Under the pieces are notes generated by a model. It was not told the origin of the DNA, ran no database searches, and saw only the letters and a list, made by a program, of their open reading frames with translations. Shown one piece after another: positions 37,659 to 48,615 of a stretch of 64,000 bases of DNA. Each line of letters opens with the position of its first letter. Within the stretch, counting starts at the first letter, position 1. A program made the translations under genes and the position numbers. This stretch comes from Cladosporium halotolerans (Eukaryota), in contig NW_027191494.1 in NCBI RefSeq assembly GCF_011745625.1, positions 62,001-126,000 of the forward strand, given 5' to 3'.

Positions 37659-38438
37659 ATGTCTGCAAACACGAAGATCACCAAGACGCCTGCGGGCGCA
37701 AAGCAGAACGCCGACGAGGAGCTGAGGAAGCAAATCCTCGCGGAGTTGAAGAAACCGGCCAAGTGGGCCACCCAAGTCGAGCCGTTGGGCGAGGCCGAAA
37801 TGGCCAAAGACTTCAAGAAAATGGGCTACAGGCGGGAAGCGCGCCTTCGCCTGCTCGCCACCAAGGAGAAGCTGAAGGTCGACGGAACAGCGCAAACGCT
37901 GTTCACAAAAACCGGCGGGATGCACGTCCCGGGCACCGGGGTCGAAGAGCCCAAGAAGAGGGCGCCGAGAGGCCAGGCCAGGTACCAGGCGCTGGTCATC
38001 ATCGAAGGGAAGAGTTGGGTACTCTTCGACCCCGTGCACAGGGGCTATCCCCTGGGCCTGCCCACCCCGCCGGCCGCCGTCACCAGGTGGGAGCGTTTCG
38101 AGCCCGGCAACAGGAGGGTCATCCTCCACAACACCGCCACCAACTCCCTGCTCTCCGCGAAGACGCCGGAGAACCTCGTCGGCAAGACAGTCGACTACAC
38201 GGCGACCGGACCCAAGGTCGCCAACTTCGCGCCGCTCAAGAACCCAGAGAAGCCCGCCGTTTCTGAGCAGCAAAAGGCGAAGGCCGCGCCTCCTCTCCTC
38301 GGCCGCGGTGCGAGACGCACCGCCACCCTCGCCGCCCGCGCCGCCACGGCGGCGACGAAGACCACAACCACCGCCGCCACCACCCGCGGCACCAAGCGCA
38401 AGGCCGAGGCCGACCCGCCTGTGCCTGCTCCTGTGCCT

Positions 38439-38491
<53 letters not shown>

Positions 38492-39410
38492 GGCTCCTGC
38501 TACGGCTCCTGCTCCTGTTCCTGCGCCTGCTCCTGCGCCCGAGCCCGCGCCAGCGCCCGCAAAGAGGCGCAAAACCGCCGCCGCCGCCGCCGCCGCGCAA
38601 GAGACTGCGCCCGCGCCTGCGCCCGCCAGGAAGCGCAAGGCCGCCACCGCCGCGCCAGAGCCTGCGCCCGCGCCCACCAAGAGGCGCAAGACAGCCGCCG
38701 CCGCCGCCCTAGAGCCGGCGCCCGCCATCACCGCCGCCGACCCTGCGGCCGCGCCAGCGAGAAGGCGCAAGACCGCCGCCGCGCCCGCGGCCGCGCAAGC
38801 AAAAAAGCGCAAGGCCGCCGCCGCCGACCCCGAGCCTGCGCCCGCGCCAGCGAAGAGGCGCAAGAACACCGCCGCCGCCGCCGCCGCCGCGCCCGCGCCC
38901 GCGACCGCGCAAGAGCCCACGGGCTCGTCACTGCCCGCGCCCGCGCCCACACCCGCGCTCGCGCCCGCCATGCCTTCGCGCGCCTCAAAGCGCAAGGCAG
39001 CCGAGGCGACCTCGGACTCTCTGCACCCGCAGGGGCCCGCTCTGCCGGCGACGGAGGATGGCAGTATGCCTCCTCCACCGGCGAAGAAGCGGCGCCCCCT
39101 GCCGCCGCCCAGGACACTCCCGCCGCGCGCCCTCAGGGGCAAGCGGCTCCCACTTCTCGGCGAGGCTGGCAACCTCGCCGGCACGGAGGGTACCACCGTC
39201 AAGGTGGAGGCCTCCGGAGAGGGCCCGGAAGGCGCCCCTCAGCCCGCGCCGCCAAAGACCACGCGCAAGCGTGGTGGCGTGCGGAAGGGCGAGGGGACGT
39301 CGGAGGGAGGGAGTGTCGGCCCGGCAGAGGGGAAGAAGAGGAAGAAGAGGCGCCCGGCGAAGGCGAAGAAGACACCGGCGACGGTGAAGGAGGAGAGTGG
39401 GGAGGAGTGA
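37659..39410 (+). CDS. Orphan basic, low-complexity protein (583 aa) with (AP)n and repeated KRRK/KRK motifs
   Basis: Uninterrupted ORF with strongly C/G-ending codons. ATG in a good context (CACAAGATG) after a C/A-rich leader. About 200 aa complex N-terminal part, then EPAPAPAKRRKTAAAAA-type repeats. Confidence 0.75.
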
Positions 39411-39427
39411 GGGGGAGGGGAGGGAAG

Positions 39428-39667
39428 GGAGGGGTTGAGAGGGAGGCTCGGTGAAGGGTGTGACCTTGGACCGTCACTGACGGTCAGGTAGCCCGGAGAG
39501 CAGAGGAGGGGATGGAGAGGGAGGCTTGATGATGGGTGTGACCTTGGACCGTCACTGACGGTCAGGTAGCCCGGAGAGCAGTGGAGGAGGGGATGGAGAG
39601 GGAGGCTCGATGATGGGTGTGACCTTGGACCGTCACTGACGGTCAGGTAGCCCGGAGAGCAGTGGAG
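39428..39667 (+). repeat. Three tandem 78/81-bp repeats, each with a perfect 17-bp palindrome GACCGTCACTGACGGTC
   Basis: GGGTGTGACCTTGGACCGTCACTGACGGTCAGGTAGCCCGGAGAGCAG is identical at 39456, 39534 and 39615, with purine-rich linkers between. Confidence 0.95.
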
Positions 39668-40202
39668 AGTGTATGTAGAGTGCGGAGCGGCTTGGGATGC
39701 GGGTGTCGGTATGGAGTGACGTTCGCGTCCTCCGGTGACCGACACCCGCTGAAATCCCGAGCGAGCATAGAGCTCAGAGCTTCCGCCAGCAGCGAAATGC
39801 AAGTCACCACGTTGCCCTTCCGAAACCAAACTGTGCAGTCCCATACGTCTCAAGCCGGTGATTATCAGGAAGTGCGTTTAAAGTAGGTAGTGGGCGTGGA
39901 GGGGCCATCGGAGTTGTCTCCGGCGGGGCAGCGACTTGTATTGGCCGGAAGGTAAACAAGACCTCACTTGTGCGATGACGTTGGCTGGAATGATTCAAAA
40001 GCTATCTTGTCCTGATATTCACGCCCCGCATGCAAAGAAATAACCGTGCAATCAAATTATTGCATCTTCCCAAAGGACAGTCGTCTTATCATCATTATGT
40101 TGTCCGGCCGCGCGCGCTCTGCTGCGCATATGGCCGGTTTTCCTTGTCCCTCTGTCACCTTTTCTTTCTGGCCTTCTTTGTCAAACCTTCTGGCATGACT
40201 TT

Positions 40203-41149
40203 CTAGTTGAATAATCCTCGGTTGGGCAGCGCTTCTTCTCTCGGCGACACCGAATGCCCGTCGGAAGACGACACTGACGAGTACGAGCCGCTAGACATGC
40301 CTGATGTGAGGCTGCCGTGTCGTATTGGTTGCTGTAGCGGCGGGAATTGCTGAGGTAATGGGTGCGATACGTCGCTGATGCCGGCTGGAGGCATGTCGAC
40401 TATAGATCGCAGCGGTGGAAGCTGAGGGCCTGGTGCTGGGTGGCCTGGGCCGAAATTCGATTGCGAAAACATTGTTTGCTGCTGTGGCATTTACTGCGAC
40501 TGTTGCGCATGTTGCTGTTGCCAGTCTAGTTGGTGTAGTGAAGCATCCTGGTGCTGCTGGTGCGGTCGCAGCTGCTGCTGTAATCGAGGTCGGGGCGAGG
40601 TCGCATCGCGGACCTCTTGAATTAGAGCGCCCATGTCGTCGCTGAATGTACTCGATCGTACGCGGTTGTATATGTCCTGGGCCTCCGATTCTGTCCGCGA
40701 ATGAAGTGCAGCGACAAGCTCACGCGCTTCGTCGCGCTCTCGTTCCAGCATATTGCTCTTGCGGCGCAGAGCGGACCACCTACTCTCTCCTGCTTCTGCA
40801 TTGTACTCGCAGTCGGTGTGTAGCGCTTTACAGCGCGAACAAGATGGCCTGTGGAAGAAGTGTGAGGATTCTGCCTTACGTGTGTCATTCAAGGATCACT
40901 GGGTTGCTGCGACATACCGCTGCCCGTCACACTTTCATGAAGTCAGCACACATGATACTGGAACAATCGCAGACGTCTGATGGTGCCTATACTCACTCGT
41001 GACTTTCTCTTCTGGCATGCCGTGCATGCGCTCTCAATCAACGTGCGTTTCGACTTCCCGCGGGGTCGCTCAGGTGACCGCTGGGAGCGGTGCGGCGCAC
41101 CCATCTGGCCAGCGCTGCGGTTCGCAAGCGGCAACGACGACGCCGACAT
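40203..41149 (-). CDS. Zn(II)2Cys6 transcription factor; introns 40932-40996 and 40849-40917 (14-nt micro-exon); in-frame TAA at 40491-40493 (truncated allele or pseudogene possible)
   Basis: Spliced cluster ACTACQKRKSR|CDGQR|PSCSRCKALHTDCEY, followed by a coiled coil. Frame continues ...QQSQ*MPQQQ...QLPPLRSIVD to TAG at 40203. Confidence 0.85.
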
Positions 41150-44100
41150 TGCGGATTGTGTTAGCACGGTCGAGGAGCTGTTGTGCGCGTAGTTGGAGAG
41201 TTGCTCATGGGTTCCGCGCGCGAGAAAATTGAGGCGTAGAGCGGAACAAGCTCACGCGCCTCCAAAGGCCTGGCCGACAGGCGAGAGGAGCTGACCTGCT
41301 GCTCAATGAAGGGTGGCGATCGATCCGCACTGCAGGTCTGAGAGCAAAGCTCAAATGAGAATTGCGCGCAGGTCCGCAGATAGCGCTGCGAAATAGACGG
41401 AACAAATAGGGTCCCTGTGCTGTTAGTGATGCTCTTCCAGCGAGGACCAGCTGCAGAGGGGACCGCAGCCGCTGCTGAATCCGCCCAGGACTCTTTGTAC
41501 TTTCACGAAGGCAAGCAGTGGCAACTCATATGATTGACAAGAAACGAGAGTTGTAAATCAATCGAAGAAGATTGAGCTCCCATAAGCTCGCGGGGCCGGC
41601 CATCTCGCCCGCAATGCCATCTTACTGGAAGGCAAGATTCCGATCAGGCGAAACCGTATGCTCTGCCGGTACCATCTGCTAAACGGCTCCAAGCCCAAGC
41701 TGATAGGGCTAGGCAGGAGTGTTGCCGTTTAGCCAGGGCGGCTGGTCTCCCCACCGTGACATGAGAAAGCCGTCACACCACAAGAAGACATCGACGCTTC
41801 CAAAGAACGCCCGGAATACTGGCATGGCTGCAGAGACCAATCGAAGAACGTTTGCAGCACATGACGCTCGCGGGGACGGCCATCGTAGGAGGGCAAAGGT
41901 GATCCCCCACAGTCGTCCACCACAGCGGAGTAGAAAGGCTGGGCAGTGACCGCATATCGGATAACAATGCGAGATCTCTCGGGGCGCTCACAAAGTGCAC
42001 CCTCGAAAGAAGACAGAACCGAAAGGGCCGTATGCGGACTCTATCCCCAGACCGCGAAGCAACGTGCATTACTCCGTCTTTCGGGCATACATACAGAGTC
42101 AACCCGCCGCCTTTGATGTACGGCACACGCAAGCCATCTGCCATGTAGCCGCTTAACACCAGCGGGGCCCGAGAGGCCCAGAACCATTCGGCTCAACCGT
42201 CTCTTCGCTGCTGTGCGGCATGCCCGCGTAATTCGCTTCGAATCCACTTAGCCGAGGGCCGAGTAATGTGATGAACTACCTACGTGGGATCTGCGTGGCT
42301 CAATCCACTCTCTGCAAGGGAAATTGCTGTACCAAGGGCGCCCTTACACTTTGGAGCGGCACCGCGGTGCCCACGCGGTCTGATGCTAGCGGCTCATGCA
42401 CCGGGGAGACGTGGAGGCGTGTTTCCAGCGGGCCGGCCTCCGCTGCGATTACTCCACCGAATCGGCCGATCAGAGCACGCGGCGAAGGCCTTTGCGCAGG
42501 CAAAATCGACTCGATCCGTTCGCGGTTGAGACTCTTCAAGCGGAGCAAAACGGACATGTCTCGTTCCTGCAATGGCGCACGACTCGGCTGGATGACATGG
42601 GTGAGAATCCCTCAGACGGTGCATATAGCGACCTCACAAGGAAGCAGCGGCTGCTGGGAAGAGGAAACGCAAGCGAGCCCATCGCGGGGATACTCGGTAC
42701 CTGTCTCTCGGCCCGTAGAAGGGCAATACTGTACGGCCTCAGGTCCGTGGCTTGTACTGCTATGCCCAGTCTTTGCGCATCTCGATGTCGGCGGCGTCGG
42801 CGCGGATCCTCGGCTCCGATGCGGAAGTGCGAAAAATTCGATGCTCAACATTTCGATGCGTTTGAGCTCATTACGATTCTCTGACGCCGTGCATCGTCAG
42901 GATACATACCGGCAAGGGTCTCGTCGTGTAGGCCTTCGAAGCAATTGTAGAGGTCAATATTCCGGCTCGGCTAAGGGCAACCCTTGTAGCCGCACAGGAG
43001 CGAGCGGCTGTACTGTACTGTAGGCTTGGGGACCGCGTTGGAACGTTGATGGAGATGGCGTCTCCGCGTGAAGGGCAAGAAGAACACGTGATTGTCCAAC
43101 CGGAGCAGCGGCCGACAGCTTGCAACAGGCCGGAGCTGGCTGCGGGCTGCGCACTACCTCGTCCACTGGAAGGACGCTTTAGAGGGGGCTCATGGTGACG
43201 GTGAAGTACAGCGGGTGCGCATCGTCGGCGACGTAGCTGGTTATGCAGAGTGGAGCTGAGCAGCTCAAGACGCTGAATTTACCATCGGCCAAGGGGGATG
43301 ATGGAGGCGCATGAGGCACCGAAGCCGCGGTGAATTGATCGAACGGGTACAACGACTTCGAGACATTGCCAACGAGAAAAGACCGATGCTTTGCGCATCG
43401 CACAATGTCCAGCACCTATGACAAGCTTGACTGTTACCTAAGCTAGTTCAAAGGAGTAGGATCGACTACGACTTCCGTCGCCGACACCAAATAAGCCTCC
43501 ATAATCCTCACGATGCTACGTACAGCACCCTGAACTCTGCCCAGGGACGACGTTCCGGCGCCACAGCCGCTTGACAGAGACGTACTGATTGCACGTGACC
43601 ATGCGTGGGCTCCTATTGTCCACCTGCATCGTTCCGTAAGGCACTTGGCACGATAGAGTGACCAAACTCTGTCGCATCATTATTGGACACCGGGCAGCAT
43701 GCCGCCTCACCGGCAAAGCGCCATCCTTGAACATACCTTACAACGGCCCCTTCCAAGAACACCAGGGTGATGCCGAGGACTACATGCCGGCTGACGGCGA
43801 AAGTTAGCATCACACAGCTTATAGTGTGGCCTTGTGACGGGTGGCTAAATTATTACCGGACGATGCATAGATTCTAGACTGTTGCAGCGTACGAATGTAA
43901 GACCCACAGTGCTGTCATGGTGATTGCCCAAGGTGCAACTTCGGAATTCAGGAACCCTTCAGCGCGCAAAGTGTCACGTCACATTCACCCAGCTGCCGGG
44001 GGTACTTCTTCCATTCGCGAGACTGGCACGACTGAAGAAATGATGCTCCGCGGAGATGTTTGGCAATCCATTTCCCAGAGTCAGCAGGAGACCACTGCCG

Positions 44101-45004
44101 TTGATAGACTCAAGTCTCGGACGTCGTGGCGAGACGGGATCTTGGAGTATTCTTTCTTCACCATTCGTTCACCTCTCACGCCACCGCCTAAATCATCCCT
44201 TTCTGCCTCCGCTTGGTTGCGACGGCTCGAAGATGTGACGACGTGGTTGGTCCTGTCGTTCTGCTAACGGATACTGTCGCAAACACCATCTTCGATCGCG
44301 TTTCGAAAGGAAGTGAGGTCCGCTTAAGCGTCGGTGGGCGATCCGTGTAGACGATCTAGCTTCTGCACAACGCTACCTGACCACATGTCATTCGCTGACT
44401 GTGAGTGGCGACGATCACCACTGTCGCGACCGCTAGCAAGAAACGCGACGCGCTGCGAAAAGAATTGATTGCCACCCACTCCGGTTAGCCGTCTTTGGCC
44501 AACCGCGTAAGCGACAAGGCCTCTGCGCAACTTACCCGAAAAGGCACCCGCCAGCGACCTCGAAGTACCACATGAGACCCTACTGGCACTCAACTGCAGC
44601 CTACACATCAACCGACCCGCCACTCCCCTCAAAAATACCCTTGCCGACCACCACTTCGGCCGCCTAGGCAAATCACGTAAGTGATCCAACTTCTGCGCAA
44701 CCTCCGCGACAAAGCACAGCACACTCCACCGACCTCCACGCACCGCTTGTGACCGCACCCGGCTCCGATCGCAAACCACGACCCGCATCGCCAAAACCGC
44801 GAACCAATGCCCACAGTCGAACGCCACCACTCGCGAACCAGACCACAACAACTACCCTCTCCCCCTAAGCGCCGCCTCACCACCTCTCGCGCAAGCGGCA
44901 GGTTTGCGTATGCGAGGTACCTTGCTCAAGGTGACAAGGTAACTCTCGAAAAAGTTACCGAGTTCGCCGATCCGGACCCTGCACCTTTAGCGGAGCGGTA
45001 CATG

Positions 45005-46030
45005 CCCCCCGGCCCACCTCGCTTCTCCTCGGGGGCTCGGGCATCCGCACCGACAGGAAAGGCAAACCGTCAAAGGCAAGGCAGCCGAGCTGGTCTCGAA
45101 GTCCGCGCTGGGGGTGATCGTGAGCAAGTGAGGCGTCGACGACACCGGTCGCCACGGCCACGTCGTCGAGCGGCCGTCAACTCCTCCCCCTACCTTGACG
45201 TTTTCCCCCCTTGTGTCTACGCGGCCGCCGTCCCTTTCCCTGGCTTGCCTTTTCGCCTCTTTCGTCTCAAGAGATAGATCACCCGAAACAGAAGCGGCGA
45301 GCTCCGGTGGCGGTCAGCACTAGGCGAAGTTCTCTCGCCCGCCAAACACGCCTATCTTTTCTCGGGGGTCCGGGCATCCCCACCGACAGAGCCAAGACAT
45401 CCAAGGCGACAGAGCTGATTCCCAAAGCAGGCAGGCGTTGGGGGCATTTTCGGGCACGTGAGGTTCGGCGACGACGCCGGCCGACTTCGCCGCGCCGTCG
45501 AGCGGCCGCCAGTCCTTACCCTTTACTTGTCTTTTCCGTCCTCTTACCTCACCAGGTGACTCTTTCGAGAGAGAGAGAGAGAGAGAAACAGCCAGCCTCG
45601 GCGACGGCCAGCGGTAAGTGAAGTCATCACGCCCGCCGAACGCGCCTGTCTCTTCCCGGGGGCCCGGGCGTCCGCATCGACAGGTAGGGCAAGCCACATC
45701 CAACTGTGCTGGTCTCGAAGCAGGGCTGGAGGTGGTCGTGACTCACTGAGGTCCGGCGACACCGGCGGACCTGGCCGCGTCGGATTTCGTCAGGCCGATT
45801 TCTTCCTGTTGCCTACGCTTTGACTTCTGTTTTGGATGTCTCGCAAGAAGCCCAGCATCCGAAGCAGAAGCAATCAGCGCAGCCGGCGGGTAGCAAACGG
45901 TAAGTGAGGCCACTCGCAGCCGCCGAACTCGCCCTGCGTATCAAACGGACTCCGTCGCAGCAGCCAGCGCCGCGACGCCAGCAAGCGGGAAGGTAAGTGA
46001 AGTCTCTCGCAGCCGCAGCCGCACGCGGCG
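45005..46030 (+). repeat. Diverged ~300-330-bp tandem repeat array (3 units plus partial copies)
   Basis: Core CYCGGGGGYYCGGGCRTCCSCAYCGACAG at 45028, 45361 and 45655. Shared blocks GCTGGTCTCGAAG, TGAGG..CGAC..CCGG, GTCGAGCGGCCG, and GGTAAGTGA at ~45613, 45899 and 45992. Confidence 0.75.
45567..45586 (+). repeat. (GA)10 microsatellite
   Basis: Read directly, inside unit 2 of the diverged array. Confidence 0.9.
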
Positions 46031-47293
46031 AACGGATCTCGACGCTCCGACTCCGTCCAACCCAACCACCTCGCAACTCCTGCCGCAGCATCATCACCAT
46101 CAGACAGAAAACCGCAGTCTCAAAGTGCGCCTACATCACGCGCGCGCGCGCGCATCACAACCGAGCGAAACCGCCCACCGCCGCGAACCCTCAAAGCCAA
46201 CCCGCACCTACCTAGCGTTCGTTGCTCGACAAAACCGAACCGAACTGAAGACTCTTCCTCCGTCCTCGTAGCTCTTGTCTTTCCCTGCCGTGCCGGGGTG
46301 AAAGACAGACTCGGCCTGTCGAAGGCGTAAATGCCTTACTTACCATCGCACGGCTGGCGGGCGGCTGCCGACAACCGTATATCACTGTGCTGCCGGGGCC
46401 GGCTCTGTTCGGCGTCGATGGGTACAGTATGCAACACCCGTGCGTCTGGTCAGACACACGCACACACATACGGGACTGCGTTGCGAAGTGTGGGCATCAC
46501 CGCCAGAAACCGTGCGACTGGAGCGTACAGTGATACACGGAAAACCTGAAACGGAAGCGAGACTGGTTTTTGCAATGCAGCAGCAGCAGCAGCACCACGA
46601 GCGCCTGCGCTGCACGTTCAGAATACCAAAACCCGATCTATGTATGTATATAATGATGCTGAGGTCCTCCGTCCGTCCGTCCCGTCCCGTTCATTTTGTG
46701 GCCCGTCCCACATGCTTTGGTTTCCTTTCCCATGTCCATGTTTTTCCCTCCCAGCCTGTAAGATTGAGCATAAAAAAAATCCCGCAAAGACAACGAGTGA
46801 TGAGTGTGACGCTGGAGACGACGCTGCGACGACGCTCCCCTGGGAACCGACGAGGAGTGGGAATGCGCCGGCGTCCGCGCCCTTCAAAATTCCATTCCGT
46901 AACCCGTGCAATCGTGCAGAAAACGACAGTGGATCTCTCTTTTTCGCGTTCTCTCGCTCGGAGAACCCACGAGTCCCGCCCATGGCGCGCGCCGATCGCC
47001 CAGAATGCTGCCAGTATCGTCCGCCGAGGTGTTGTTGTTCAGGCGGGGGTGGCGCTTGAAGCCGGCCGGCTCGCGCATTAGGTTCGTGTCGATGCTGCGG
47101 TGGCCTGGGTATCGCAGCGGGCGAGTGGCTCGGCGAGCAGCTGTCGGTGCTCTTGGCGCGTGGCGGGCGTGTGATAGTAGTACAAAGGCGGACACCACGG
47201 CTCGGCGGCGAGACGACCTAGGTCTCTTCTTCCTCAGCGCAGGCCGCGGTGTCCCGTAAGTAGTGAAGTGCCAGTAGTCGCAGGGCTGAGCGA

Positions 47294-48514
47294 TCAGCCC
47301 TTGCTTCCGATGTGGCGCTCTTTTTCGGGTTTCCAAGTTCCTGAAACCTGGTATTAGTATAGATATTTTTTGATCTAGCAGATTCAAGACTCACCCTCAA
47401 AATTATGCTTGACAAAAGCCATCGGGTCGTCGTCCTCGCCCGCGCCCATCTGGCCCACGCCCGGCGAGAAAGACGTGATCGGCAAGACGACAACGTCGCC
47501 GACTTTCTTCGCCTGCTTGATGCCCGTGAACTGCTGCCACGTGATGTTGCCCTTGCTCGTCGACATGTCAAAGTACTCCGGGTCGTTGAAGAACTTGAAC
47601 ACGGCGTCCGTCCACAGCGCGGGGCCGGTGTACTCGACGACGCTCTTCATGTGGCTCTTGTCGAGCTGGCCGATGGCCTTGCGGCGCAGGGTCTCCTCCG
47701 TGATGGAGGCCACGACGTCGAGGAGCACCGGGTGGCCAGGCTTGGACTGGATCGTCCACTGGCAGAATTGGATGCGGCGCGAGTACCAGTCGTGCCAGTC
47801 AGGGCGGTCGGGGTCGGCTTCGATTCCAACGACGAGGCCGTACGAGCTTCGGGGGACTTCGGAGGGGACCCATTCCACGGCGGATTTCAGGGCGGTCGTG
47901 TCGATGTCGCTGTAGATGCCTCCGCGGGCCAGGAGGATGAGGTAGCGGAAGAAATCGGCCTTGAGCACAGCCTGTGGTAGGGCCTCGTACGCTTCCTGGA
48001 CCTCGGGGATGCTGGCGTAGAAATGGCGGATGAGGTGCGAGGCGACGGAGTCGGTGATGACTTCGTGCACGAAGGTCGGGTGCAGTTCAGACCAGGAAGC
48101 CTCGGCGGGCCGGAACTCCTCTCCAAACTTGCCCTCTGCCGGCGTGTACTTCCACGTCTGCCAGATGTATGCCGGGAATTTGCTCTCCACGTCGTACGGG
48201 AAGACGTACGACAGCTGTTTCCTCAACGGTTGGGCGTTGAGCTGGCCCAGAGGCACCTGAGGCTTGGGCTTCCTCACGAGGGCTCGTCCTCCATCATCGG
48301 TGTTCCATTGTTTCGGCGGAGCTACAGGCTTTTCCTCGACGAGGTCTTCAGGCGGTGCTACTTGAATTTTCTTGTTGTCCGAATAGCTGCCGGTGGGTTT
48401 GGGCGAGTTGTGTGATACGAGCGGCGCCGGCTCCGAGGTATGTGTGTTTTTGAGGAGGATGAAGAAGGTCAAGACGACGCAGGCTATCACCAAAGCGCGC
48501 TTAAAGGTGAGCAT
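47294..48514 (-). CDS. OCH1: Initiation-specific alpha-1,6-mannosyltransferase (GT32, Och1/Hoc1 family); 2 exons (intron 47341-47394)
   Basis: Type II TM anchor, FPAYIWQTWK, KADFFRYLILLARGGIYSDIDT (DxD motif), GIEADPDRPDWHDWYSRRIQFCQWTIQSKPGHP, TGPALWTD, HNFEG|TWKPEKERHIGSKG. Confidence 0.94.
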
Positions 48515-48585
48515 TGTAGCTCGGCGGGTGGAGACGTAGGATCAATCGAAAAGCCAGGAGTGATGGTGATGGCGACGGATCGGAA

Positions 48586-48615
48586 GAGGAGGAGGAGGAG
48601 GAGGAGGAGGAGGAG
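48586..48615 (+). repeat. (GAG)10 microsatellite in the OCH1 5' region
   Basis: Read directly. Confidence 0.85.

Noticed and set aside
39428..39667. CRISPR array interpretation of the palindromic repeats
   Set aside because: The linkers are near-identical rather than unique spacers, the context is eukaryotic, and no cas genes are present.
39456..39667. Hammerhead or other self-cleaving ribozyme in the repeat unit
   Set aside because: CTGACGG does not match the CUGANGA core, and no GAAA or three-stem junction is visible on either strand.
40491..40493. TAA=Gln genetic-code reassignment to explain the two in-frame TAAs
   Set aside because: VMA7, SSC1 and RTF1 end at TAA at their expected C-termini.
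42247..42263. Minus-strand CTCGGCCCTCGGCTAAG resembling U2 snRNA stem I
   Set aside because: It is not followed by the invariant ATCAAGTGTAGTA branch-recognition sequence, and no Sm site is apparent.
42268..43023. 251-aa ORF upstream of the Zn2Cys6 gene
   Set aside because: Ser/Arg/Gly/Cys-rich random-like composition, no codon bias and no motif.
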